From: a virus
Lineage: Duplodnaviria; Caudoviricetes
Length of the DNA: 42,350 nucleotides
IMG/VR virus record: IMGVR_UViG_3300030361_000008
Coordinates: 1-42,350 of that record
Strand: one strand, 5' to 3'
The number at the start of each line of letters is the position of its first letter. The first letter of the stretch is position 1. The notes under the pieces were generated by a model that saw only the letters and a program-made list of their open reading frames with translations, ran no database searches and was not told the origin of the DNA. Below are positions 16,652 to 25,597 of this stretch, piece after piece. A program made the translations under genes and the position numbers.

Positions 16652-17045
16652 CTTGTAACGCCTCAACCGCTAGGCGCATAAATTCGGCCGCCTTAAGCAT
16701 GTTCGCGGCTTTTATCGTTTGTAGCCGGTCGCTACGCGTTAGCACTTCGAGGTCGGGGGCCACGTTGTTGATCACTTCGATCGCATCGGCGCGCGTCTTA
16801 GCGGCGTTATATGCGACCGTTTCGTCCTTGTCGTGGCGGGTGGTCGGGTAGGCTTCATCGAAGTACCCACCGTTCCCGATTAGCCGGCCGTCGTCCCGGC
16901 GGTATCGCTTACCGTTCACAATAATTTGTGTCCGGGTCGTGCGGGTTACTTTTTGCGGGATCCGGTACTTGCGGGAGTTCCAGCCGATACGGACCTCAAC
17001 GGGCACCAGTACCAGATCACCGGGTTTAATGTTTTCAAACATCAT
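16644..17045 (-). CDS. Hypothetical protein with N-terminal small beta-barrel
   Basis: KPGDLV...VTRTTRTQIIV..KRYRRDDG; ATGA-coupled to the primase gene. Confidence 0.7.
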   Translation of the reverse strand: MMFENIKPGDLVLVPVEVRIGWNSRKYRIPQKVTRTTRTQIIVNGKRYRRDDGRLIGNGGYFDEAYPTTRHDKDETVAYNAAKTRADAIEVINNVAPDLEVLTRSDRLQTIKAANMLKAAEFMRLAVEALQDE

Positions 17046-19495
17046 TGCGTTTTTGCTCCTTTGCTAAATGCCGCAGCGGTGCGCGGCGGCGCGTCGTCGT
17101 TACGCAGTACAACGCCTTTAAAACCGCGTACAACTTCGCCGTTTATACGGTGCGGGCCGTACGTTACGCCCGCGCCGCGTGTTACGTCCTTAACGTCGCT
17201 TATCAGCGCACGGCGTGTTCGGATCTGATCTTCGCCCTCATTCATAGCCCAATTGCGGTAATGTTCGTAAAGGTCGACAGAGGACGTAATAAACTCGCCG
17301 CCGAGGTGCAACTGCGTATCAACGTATTGCTTGATCGGGCTGTATTGCTCGGCCATTTGATTGAGTTCTTCGCGGCTCGCCGCCGGCTCGGTGAAACGGC
17401 CTTTTTGATTGAGTCGCATTAAACCAGATAGCGCCCAATTGGCGATCCCCTCGATTTCGTTCACCAGCTTGTCGAACAGATAAAGGTCTTCGTTGCCGTA
17501 AAATGATTTGTATAGCGGCAGCATGAGGATCCGCCCGGCAAGCGCGCCCGAGTCGTCGAACAAGCGCGGCAAGTGATTACCCGCCAAGGTGAAGCGCGTC
17601 GGCAAGTACAAACTTAATGATTGCTTATACAGTCGCGGGATTGTTACCCGGTCGTTACCGCTGATTGTCTTAAGTTTTTTCGTTATCGCCTCAGAGCCGG
17701 CTTTAAAACTTTTCGCCACGTCGCCGTCATACATAACCGTTTTGTTTGGCAGCGTTTCAAGAAATTTATTTTCTGTTAGGTCGGACAGGTCCGCGCCGGC
17801 GAAGTTTTGATCGCCCACCAGCCTGTTAAGGACGCGGCCGATCGTACCTTTACCCGAGCGGCGCGGGCCGAGAATAAAAAAGATTTTTTGGTGGCGGTAG
17901 TCATTAACGAGCATATAACCGAACCATTCCTGCAGTAGATCCATTAACTCGCTATCGTTGCCCGTAATGTCGGTTAGAAAGTCGATCCACGTCGGACAGG
18001 TCGCCCCGGGGTTATAGTTGTAAGGCATTATGTTCGTTGTGAATAAGTTCTTATCGTGCGGGAACAGTTCGAGCGTGTTCACGTTAAGCACGCCGTTTTG
18101 TACCAGCATGACGTCGTTTGGTACGTCATTGACGACGAGGTCTTCGCGGTACGTTAGCGCCTCAAGTAGCGAATATGTGCCCGAGATAGTCGAGTTTTGC
18201 GGGCTAGTCGGGGCGAGTTCAACCGCTAGTTTGTGACGTACCGCGTCGTCGGTAAGTTCCACCCACGCCCGGCCGTTGTACGCGTACCATATTTCAAGGA
18301 CACGAACGAGGCACCCGTCCGGGTATTTTTCATCTAAGAAAAGCACCGCGTTTTGTGAGTGGTTTTTGCCGTACAACCCGGTTACGTTCGCTTCACCCTT
18401 TACGCCGATCATCTGTTCGAGCGTCTTGTCGAGTTCCTTAGTAAGTAGGCCGTCTTCCTTAAGCTGGCGACGCAGTAAAGCGCCAAGCATGGCACGCTGT
18501 AACGCCGACCCGTCGAGACGTTGGATCATAGCGACCACGTTCGCCGCTTGCTTAGGGTCGCCGCCTATGGCTTGTATTTCATCAACGGCCGCGTCGTATT
18601 CTTCGGACGAGGCGCTACCCGCACCAAACGCCGCCGCCGTGTCGAACTGGCGAGGCGGGATCCAGCCGGATTGGACCGCCATGTGGTACACCGTACCGAT
18701 CTTTACTTCGCGGCCGCCCTTACTGGCTTTAAAACTCGCCCACTGATCGAACTGGGTGTCCGGGTTGTACGAGTCCGGGCAGCCGTCCGCCCAATACTCG
18801 CCACGGCTCCACGCGTCAAACACACGGAAACCAGCGTCGGGGTCGTCGTGGTAATAATTACGTAGTGCAAGGCCCACCGTTAGCCAGTCCGCGCGCGCCG
18901 TCGGGTCGCAGTATTTTAGCGCACTGATCAGGCTTTCTTCGTCGCGGGTGGTAGGGTCCGGGAGTGGTGCCGGTTCAAGTGGGCCGCGATCAACGGTAAC
19001 GATCCGCGTGTTGCGCGGGAATTCCGGCAAGGCCGCCACGTTACACAGGGCATACGGCCCGAAGTTGCCCGCCGCCGGGTACATATCGCCCGAGCAAATG
19101 AATCCCGCCCCGGCTGTCCTAGTGTCGAAGCCGTCGATCCAGTCTGATCGCTGGTGCATGTTTTCGGACGTCTTGAACGCATAGTGCGCGCCGCCGCTTG
19201 GCGTGTTTTGAATTAGGGCCGCGTCCCACGGCAAGCGCACGCCGAGAAACGCCTCAACGTCGGCACGGGTAACGCCTTTTTGTGTGTCTAGGTCTAACAC
19301 CACAACGCCCGCCGGGATCGCTATCCCAATGCAGCCTGTGTTCCAGTTTAGGCGGGAGTCGCTCGGGTCGACGGTTTGCCAGCTTGTGTTCTTCGGTATC
19401 GCCGGCCCTTTTTCGAATTTGTTTTTATTCGGGTTGTGTCTGATCCAGCACGGGAAGACTTGAACGCCCGCTTTAATTAGCGCGTCTTTTATCAT
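17042..19495 (-). CDS. Bifunctional primase-polymerase + PriCT-2 + D5-like SF3 helicase
   Basis: VVLDLD, TPSGGAHY, DWLTVGLAL...FDAWS, Walker A GPRRSGKGT and GNHLP. Confidence 0.93.
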   Translation of the reverse strand: MIKDALIKAGVQVFPCWIRHNPNKNKFEKGPAIPKNTSWQTVDPSDSRLNWNTGCIGIAIPAGVVVLDLDTQKGVTRADVEAFLGVRLPWDAALIQNTPSGGAHYAFKTSENMHQRSDWIDGFDTRTAGAGFICSGDMYPAAGNFGPYALCNVAALPEFPRNTRIVTVDRGPLEPAPLPDPTTRDEESLISALKYCDPTARADWLTVGLALRNYYHDDPDAGFRVFDAWSRGEYWADGCPDSYNPDTQFDQWASFKASKGGREVKIGTVYHMAVQSGWIPPRQFDTAAAFGAGSASSEEYDAAVDEIQAIGGDPKQAANVVAMIQRLDGSALQRAMLGALLRRQLKEDGLLTKELDKTLEQMIGVKGEANVTGLYGKNHSQNAVLFLDEKYPDGCLVRVLEIWYAYNGRAWVELTDDAVRHKLAVELAPTSPQNSTISGTYSLLEALTYREDLVVNDVPNDVMLVQNGVLNVNTLELFPHDKNLFTTNIMPYNYNPGATCPTWIDFLTDITGNDSELMDLLQEWFGYMLVNDYRHQKIFFILGPRRSGKGTIGRVLNRLVGDQNFAGADLSDLTENKFLETLPNKTVMYDGDVAKSFKAGSEAITKKLKTISGNDRVTIPRLYKQSLSLYLPTRFTLAGNHLPRLFDDSGALAGRILMLPLYKSFYGNEDLYLFDKLVNEIEGIANWALSGLMRLNQKGRFTEPAASREELNQMAEQYSPIKQYVDTQLHLGGEFITSSVDLYEHYRNWAMNEGEDQIRTRRALISDVKDVTRGAGVTYGPHRINGEVVRGFKGVVLRNDDAPPRTAAAFSKGAKTQ

Positions 19496-19656
19496 CCTTG
19501 CACCTCGGCGGCTTTCTCTGCTAGTTGGTTTGCGGGTATGCGTACGGTGCGTTTAATGCGTACGTACTTAATGGCTTTTTCTGAAATCCAGCGTTGTACC
19601 GTGCGTTCATCGACTTGTAAACGGGCGGCAAATTGCGCGATCGTTAGGTATTCCAT
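19492..19656 (-). CDS. Excisionase-like HTH_17 DNA-binding protein (54 aa, not in ORF track)
   Basis: MEYLTIAQFAARLQVDERTVQRWISEKAIKYVRIKRTVRIP; ATGA overlap with the primase start. Confidence 0.85.
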   Translation of the reverse strand: MEYLTIAQFAARLQVDERTVQRWISEKAIKYVRIKRTVRIPANQLAEKAAEVQG

Positions 19657-19697
19657 GTTTTTATCCGTTGTCGTCTTATGTCGTGTTCCGGCGGTCT

Positions 19698-19726
19698 ACG
19701 TTACGCCTAAAGTTTAACGCCGTCAA
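19698..19726 (-). promoter_or_regulatory. Leftward sigma70-type promoter for the HTH/primase operon
   Basis: Minus strand TTGACG-17-TAACGT. Confidence 0.5.
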
Positions 19727-19754
19727 CCATTTAATTAAGTACGTACTAGCCGCT

Positions 19755-20025
19755 TTTTGTAACGCTTCGGCGTAACGTTACAGAAGCGTTACACAGGTAT
19801 GACCAGTTCGGCGGGGTCGCCGTAACGCGAAACGTAACGTTACAGTAACGCATCGCGGATCGGCTCGCAGCCCATAGCCCGTACGGCTTGTAACGTTGTA
19901 ACACTACCTTTCTTTCTTTAAATAAATAAAAGAAAAAGAGAAGAAAGAGAGAGAATAGAGGGTAGATATATATAAATAAAGTTTTACGCGGTTTTTCGCG
20001 TTACAGCGTTACAAGCGTTACAGGT
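19755..20025. other. Putative replication origin (GTAAC/GTTAC iterons around an AT- and purine-rich core)
   Basis: About 13 GTAAC/GTTAC copies, an 11-bp inverted repeat at 19758-19768/19783-19793, AT-rich core ~19908-19985, next to the primase-helicase gene. Confidence 0.75.
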
Positions 20026-20082
20026 GGATCGGCGGTCCGGGTTGGTTTATATTGTACGTACTATGAACAGCGAGACAAACCG

Positions 20083-20271
20083 ATGGAATTCGAAACACTG
20101 AAACGAAAAAAGCTAGAACTTGAAGCGCGGCTCAGCCAGAGCATATTCGAAATATTGGACGAGGTGGGCGAGGTGCCGGAGCGGTTGAGCGTCGACGTTA
20201 TCAAAAATACAACCATAGCGGGCGAGACGGCCGTGGCGGGCGTACAAGTCGAGGTTAAATTCGGACTATGA
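20083..20271 (+). CDS. Hypothetical protein
   Basis: 62 aa, helix followed by beta strands; first ORF of the rightward unit. Confidence 0.65.
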   Translation: MEFETLKRKKLELEARLSQSIFEILDEVGEVPERLSVDVIKNTTIAGETAVAGVQVEVKFGL

Positions 20272-20429
20272 GAGCGTACCAGAAACAAAACAAAAAGCGC
20301 CGGACGTTGCCCCGGCTGCCGTCGGGTTATCTATCGTATCAAGAGTACGTACTTTTAGAGCGAGCGGCAGAGAAGCACGGGAGCAAGAAAGCGGCGATCG
20401 TGGCGGGATTGCGGGCGCTTGACCTTTGA
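20268..20429 (+). CDS. 53-aa basic protein, possible ribbon-helix-helix DNA-binding protein (not in ORF track)
   Basis: MRAYQKQNKKRRTLPRLPSGYLSYQEYVLLERAAEKHGSKKAAIVAGLRALDL; ATGA overlap. Confidence 0.6.
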   Translation: MRAYQKQNKKRRTLPRLPSGYLSYQEYVLLERAAEKHGSKKAAIVAGLRALDL

Positions 20430-20466
20430 TCCATAATGACCGAATCAAAAAGGAGTATTCGCACCC

Positions 20467-20988
20467 ATGACGCAGAAAGGCCGCACCACGCCCCACCAGC
20501 GCAACGAGAAGACCGCCAAAGCGATCCGGGCTATGCTTGCGGACGGTTTGAAGATAAACGACGTAAAACGGTATACGGGGCTTTCTGTTAACACGCTGAA
20601 AAAGCACTATAAGAAAGAGTTCGAAGCCGCCAACCTTAAGCCGGGAAAACCGGAACATAAGCCGAACGGGCGAACACGTATGCTCGTAAAGTTTATGAAG
20701 CTAAACGGCGAGACGAACGAGAAGATCGCCAAGGCGCTCGACATTAGTAACAGCACCTTAACGACCCACTATGTCGAAGAACTCGACACGGGCGGACAGT
20801 CGCTTAACGCAGAGATAGCGGCGGGACTCGCTAAGAATGCCCTAAACGGCGACAAGATCGCACAGATCGTATGGCTGAAAATGTTCGCCGGTAAGTACGA
20901 AGCCAAGGCACCAAACGACAACGCCGGGGCCGCCGATGATATGGCCGCCGCACTGGCTAAACTGGCGGAGGGCTTACCGGGTGGCTGA
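20467..20988 (+). CDS. terS: Terminase small subunit with two HTH repeats
   Basis: AGGAG RBS, duplicated TL..HY..E HTH, directly upstream of terL. Confidence 0.8.
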   Translation: MTQKGRTTPHQRNEKTAKAIRAMLADGLKINDVKRYTGLSVNTLKKHYKKEFEAANLKPGKPEHKPNGRTRMLVKFMKLNGETNEKIAKALDISNSTLTTHYVEELDTGGQSLNAEIAAGLAKNALNGDKIAQIVWLKMFAGKYEAKAPNDNAGAADDMAAALAKLAEGLPGG

Positions 20989-22312
20989 ATTACCGCTGCA
21001 GTTGGTCAGAGCGCGCGAAAGGTGGTACACCTTGATCGACGTCCCGGAGCAAATAGCGCTTATTAACGCCGTCGCCGAGGGGGTTCGCTTTCCATGCGTA
21101 CCGGCGGGCCGCCGTAGCGGCAAAACCGAACGCTTTAAACGCTTTCTTGCTAAACAGGCCATGAAGAACCCGGGCGAGCGGTACTTCGCAGCCGCACCCA
21201 CCCGCGATCAGGCTAAGAAGATTTTCTGGCAAGATCTAAAAATGCTCACATTCGCAACGGTGCCCGGATTGGGTCACAAGATAAGCGAAACCGAATTGAT
21301 CATAACGCTACCCAATACCACGGAGATCCACGTCTTAGGACTCGACAAACCGGAGCGGATCGAGGGGGTCGTTTGGACTGGCGGAGGCATCGACGAGATC
21401 GCCGACGTTAAGAAAGAGGCGCTACACGTTAACGTTATGCCGGCGCTTGACACCGTCGACCCGCGCCGCCCCAACTACCGGGCGTGGTGTTGGTTCCTCG
21501 GGGTGCCGGACGGCCTAAACCACTATTACACGTTATGCGAATATGCCCGAACGAGCGGCGATCCGACCTACGGGCTTTACCATTGGAAAAGTTCGGCCGT
21601 GTTGCCGCCGGACATACTCGAAAGTCGTAAACGATCAATGAGTAAAAAGCAGTTCCGCCAAGAATTCGAGGCCAGCTTCGAGACGGCCACCGGCCGGATC
21701 TACGAAGAATTCGGCGATCATAATCTTACCGACCGCGAACTGCAGAGCCACGAGGCAATTCACTGGGCGCACGATCAGAACTTCACGCCGTTGTCGTCGT
21801 CCATCAGCGTGATCGACGGTGAAAATATGTTTATAGTCGGCGAGATAGTCTTAGAGTCGGCCGTGTCGTCTCAGTCCGCCGAAGAATTCGTAGAGCGATA
21901 CCGCGATCACCGTAACAAAATGGTTTATATTTACGGCGACCCGGCAGGGCGAGCCGGCGAAAAGCACGGGCATAAATCGGACTATAATCAGATCGAAGAC
22001 GTGCTACGGCGCGAGGGCTGGCGGTTCGAGCGGCGCGTAAGCCTCGCCCACCCGGCGATTAAGGACAGACAAAACGCGGTAAGGGCTAAGATCCTAAACG
22101 CCGCCGACGAGACGACGCTTTATGTCAATAAAGACGCCGCGCCGTGGTGTTACGAGGGCTTAAACACGGTACAGTTACAGAAAGGATCGTCGTTTATGGA
22201 AGACCAGAAGAACCAGTACCAGCACATTACGACGGCGATCGGTTATCAAGTCGCTAAACTATGGCCGGTTGAACGCGGGCGCATGGTCGCCGCACCGCCC
22301 CGGAGGGCATAA
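20981..22312 (+). CDS. terL: Terminase large subunit
   Basis: AGRRSGKT Walker A, GIDE Walker B, FRQEFEASF and nuclease domain. GTG at 20981 has a GGAGG RBS. Confidence 0.95.
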   Translation: MAELPLQLVRARERWYTLIDVPEQIALINAVAEGVRFPCVPAGRRSGKTERFKRFLAKQAMKNPGERYFAAAPTRDQAKKIFWQDLKMLTFATVPGLGHKISETELIITLPNTTEIHVLGLDKPERIEGVVWTGGGIDEIADVKKEALHVNVMPALDTVDPRRPNYRAWCWFLGVPDGLNHYYTLCEYARTSGDPTYGLYHWKSSAVLPPDILESRKRSMSKKQFRQEFEASFETATGRIYEEFGDHNLTDRELQSHEAIHWAHDQNFTPLSSSISVIDGENMFIVGEIVLESAVSSQSAEEFVERYRDHRNKMVYIYGDPAGRAGEKHGHKSDYNQIEDVLRREGWRFERRVSLAHPAIKDRQNAVRAKILNAADETTLYVNKDAAPWCYEGLNTVQLQKGSSFMEDQKNQYQHITTAIGYQVAKLWPVERGRMVAAPPRRA

Positions 22313-22316
22313 CTAG

Positions 22317-23375
22317 ATGATTGAAATACTAGACGACACGATCCGCCGAGAACTCGCCCTGCAGCGGTTCGCGTCGTTTCTTGTGCGTGAATATATACGC
22401 CCGACGGCGCAAGAGGTCGCCCGGGAGATACCGCGCGTTCTAGCCGGTTATGAAGACTTACCGCGCGCCGATCAATTTCGCCTATTCGCACGCCTTAAGG
22501 CAATGGTCCGCGAACGGTGGCGCGCCATGTGGGACCCGATAACCGGCCAGCTTGGCGACGTGGCGGTCCAAGAACTCGAATACATGGTCGACCTCTACGA
22601 CGACGTGATCAGCGGCGTGCGTAATCCGGGCGGGCGGGTGGTAGTGCCCGAAATGGTTTTAGGACACGCAAATTTGATCCGCGCCGGGAGGTGGGACGAG
22701 TTTATAAACGGCAACGCCGACGAAACGGCGCAACGCATAGACGGCACAATAAAACGCATGTGGCGAGACGGTGGTACCCTTAACGATATTCTTTACCAGT
22801 TGCGGGGCAAGTATAACCGCCGCACGCAATCATACGAGGGGGGCGTCATTGAGGGCCAAGTCAAAAAGGCGACGACACTCGCCCGGACCGGCGTCTCGCA
22901 TTACACCGCCGCCGCCCGGGACAAGTTCGCCAACGCTAACCGCGAATTTATCAGCGATCGTATTTTCTTCGCGACCCTAGACGGCCGCACGTCCGACATT
23001 TGTCTAGGAAATCACTTGAAGCGCTACCCGATAACGAGTGACGAATACCCGCGCTTACCGTTGCATTACAACGAGCGATCGGTTTACATTTTCGCCGGTA
23101 AAGGGTTCGACCCGCTCGACGGTGATCGCCCGTCTAAAGGTGCCAACGGGGCGGAAGAAATCAGCGCTAAGACCACGGCGGCGGCGTGGCTTAAGCGACA
23201 GCCCCGCGAATGGGTCGAGGATCAGCTAGGCAAAATCCGCGCCGCGTTATTTCTCGACGGTGGACTACCGCTAGACAAATTTTTAGACGCGGCAAACGTA
23301 CCGCTAACACTTGAACAACTCGCGCAAACGATACCCGGCCAGCGGGCGTTCCGCCGGGCAAACTTAGGACTGTAA
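22317..23375 (+). CDS. Minor head/head morphogenesis protein (SPP1 gp7/Mu F-like)
   Basis: LART...ATLDGRTSDIC...PLHYNERS and WLKRQP...LGK.RA.LF motifs. Confidence 0.88.
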   Translation: MIEILDDTIRRELALQRFASFLVREYIRPTAQEVAREIPRVLAGYEDLPRADQFRLFARLKAMVRERWRAMWDPITGQLGDVAVQELEYMVDLYDDVISGVRNPGGRVVVPEMVLGHANLIRAGRWDEFINGNADETAQRIDGTIKRMWRDGGTLNDILYQLRGKYNRRTQSYEGGVIEGQVKKATTLARTGVSHYTAAARDKFANANREFISDRIFFATLDGRTSDICLGNHLKRYPITSDEYPRLPLHYNERSVYIFAGKGFDPLDGDRPSKGANGAEEISAKTTAAAWLKRQPREWVEDQLGKIRAALFLDGGLPLDKFLDAANVPLTLEQLAQTIPGQRAFRRANLGL

Positions 23376-23378
23376 ACA

Positions 23379-24848
23379 ATGGCAAATGATAAAGGTATTT
23401 CGAAGCCGTGCGAGGCGTACAACCACGCCGCCCCGCTCGTTAAACAAGTACGCGACGCGCTAAACGGCGAAGTTGTGATACGCGATCCGGCGAACATCGA
23501 CACGCACCTGCCCGACCCGTTCCCGCACTTGAACGAAGACGACGACAAGCCGGCGCGCTTAAGACGTTACCGGGCTAACGCTGAATTTGACGAGGTGGTC
23601 GGCAATACCGGCGAGAGCCTTATCGGTGCCATGTTCCGAAAGCGTCTAACGTTTGAAGACATACCGGCCGGGCTGGAATACCTCGTAGAAGACGCGGACG
23701 GCGACGGGGCCGGGCTAGAAGAAACGGCGAAAAGTATCGCACTCGAACAATTCGGGTTTAACTACGTCGCCGGGCTGGCTGAGTTTTCGGATCTCGCCTC
23801 TATGGACCTAGACGCCAAAACGCTAACGAGAAGCCGGGCACGCGAAGCCGGGTTGCGAGCGTTTATTAAAATCTACCCGCGCGAAGCCGTGATCGATTGG
23901 AATTTTAGACGCGTCAACAAGACTCGACAGCTAGATTTTATCGTGCTGAAAGAGCAAGACGAGACGCGCGACGAGTCGAACCGCTTCACCGCCACCAAGC
24001 GCGACAGCTATCTGGTTTTATACCTAGACGGCGATGGGTGGTATACGCAGATCCGCTTCACGGTCGACGCGAAAACGGGCGGAACTTGGTCGGAGCCGTA
24101 TCAGCCTCAAATGCGCGGCGCGCGAATGCCTTACATACCGTTAGAATTTGCCGTCGCCTCACCGTCGCTTCGCGAAGACTTACCGCAAAAACTCGGCTAC
24201 CTGTCCGGGATCGCGTCTAAAGTCCTAGCACGTTTTAGAGCGTCAGGCGATTACAAAGAATGCTTGTGGCTTAACGGCGCACCTATGACAAGTTCGAGCG
24301 GGTGGGACACGCACGCCCATGAAGAATATCAGAAAATGACCGGCTTGAAACACGTACCCACCGGGCCGGGCGCTCACTTCATGCGACCCGCCGGTGTTGA
24401 CTACGAGATCCACGCGTGGAACGCCGGCCAGTCGGCTTATGCGGATTACTTAAGCCGCAACGAACGCGAGATCCGCGCACTAGGCGGCGTGTTCGATACG
24501 ACCGACGGCGACCCGGAGACAGCCAAGGCCGCCGCGATTAAGCACGCGGAAAAAACCGGCGTACTGGCCGCCGTAGCGGACGGCACCGAGAAAATGTTAA
24601 ACAAGCTGATCATGTATTGCGGGTTGTTCCAAGGCATCGAGGCACCGGCCGACGTGGTGAAAGTACCGCGCGACTTCATCCAGTCGAAGATCACGCCGCA
24701 GGAACGAAACGCAATACTAAACGAGCGCGACGCGGGACTCTATGACGACGAAGAAGCGCTGAAACAGCTTAAGCAGGGCGGCGGCTTGGTCGGAGAGGTT
24801 GACGACATAAGAGAACGCATGAATAATAACCTAAACGGCGGCGCGTAG
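23379..24848 (+). CDS. Portal protein (DUF4055-like)
   Basis: 489 aa with DADG.G..L, Y.RE..IDW and YIP motifs, upstream of the scaffold gene. Confidence 0.85.
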   Translation: MANDKGISKPCEAYNHAAPLVKQVRDALNGEVVIRDPANIDTHLPDPFPHLNEDDDKPARLRRYRANAEFDEVVGNTGESLIGAMFRKRLTFEDIPAGLEYLVEDADGDGAGLEETAKSIALEQFGFNYVAGLAEFSDLASMDLDAKTLTRSRAREAGLRAFIKIYPREAVIDWNFRRVNKTRQLDFIVLKEQDETRDESNRFTATKRDSYLVLYLDGDGWYTQIRFTVDAKTGGTWSEPYQPQMRGARMPYIPLEFAVASPSLREDLPQKLGYLSGIASKVLARFRASGDYKECLWLNGAPMTSSSGWDTHAHEEYQKMTGLKHVPTGPGAHFMRPAGVDYEIHAWNAGQSAYADYLSRNEREIRALGGVFDTTDGDPETAKAAAIKHAEKTGVLAAVADGTEKMLNKLIMYCGLFQGIEAPADVVKVPRDFIQSKITPQERNAILNERDAGLYDDEEALKQLKQGGGLVGEVDDIRERMNNNLNGGA

Positions 24849-24888
24849 GTTACGCCCGCCACTCTAACCACTACGCGAGGTTCGCACA

Positions 24889-25581
24889 ATGAAATTGAAA
24901 TATCAGAGCAAGGACGAGATCCCGGCGGAACTAGTCGACTTTTACGTAGAATTCGACGAAGACGGTAAAACCATTTTTGTTCATAAAGAAATGGCCGACA
25001 CGCTTCGCGAGTCGTACCGCACAAGGGGCGATCTGACTCAGGCGCAAACGAAACTCAGTGAACTGGGCGACACGGTGAAAGGGCTTAAACAGTCACTTGA
25101 AGACCGCGAGCGCGACGACAAAAAGGATCAAGGCAAGTATAAAGAGATCGCCGAGGATTGGGAGAAGCGTTACAACGCCGACACCGAAAGCCTAAAAGCT
25201 GAAATCGGCGAACTGAAAAACGCGAGCCGCCAGAGCGTAAAAAAAGCCGCTATTGCTAGAATGGCAGCACACGGCACGGAAGAAACGCGATCAGTTCTTG
25301 CGCGCGTGGTAGGGCTTGATCTAGACTTTAACGAAGACGGCGAGTTAATCGTACTCGAAGACGGCAAGGCCACCAGCCAGAGCCTAGACGATTACGAGAA
25401 AAACCTCGCCGAGCGTTACCCGTCATTAGTTGCGGAGGTTCCGAGCAATGGCGGCGGCGCAAAAGGCGCGAAAGGCGGGTCGCCGGGATCGCAAAAGTGG
25501 GCGGATTATTCACCGTCTGAATTGTCGGAAATTCGCAGAACGAACCCGGCGCAATACGAAAAACTTAAAGAAACCCGCTGA
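24889..25581 (+). CDS. Capsid scaffolding protein
   Basis: Charged coiled coil, GGGAKG linker and C-terminal ELSEIRRTNPAQYEKL; precedes the capsid gene. Confidence 0.85.
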   Translation: MKLKYQSKDEIPAELVDFYVEFDEDGKTIFVHKEMADTLRESYRTRGDLTQAQTKLSELGDTVKGLKQSLEDRERDDKKDQGKYKEIAEDWEKRYNADTESLKAEIGELKNASRQSVKKAAIARMAAHGTEETRSVLARVVGLDLDFNEDGELIVLEDGKATSQSLDDYEKNLAERYPSLVAEVPSNGGGAKGAKGGSPGSQKWADYSPSELSEIRRTNPAQYEKLKETR

Positions 25582-25597
25582 ATAGGAGCATTCAACA

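Noticed and set aside
19492-19656. Excisionase as evidence of a temperate lifestyle
   Set aside because: No integrase or att-like context was found. HTH_17 genes upstream of primases are commonly regulators.
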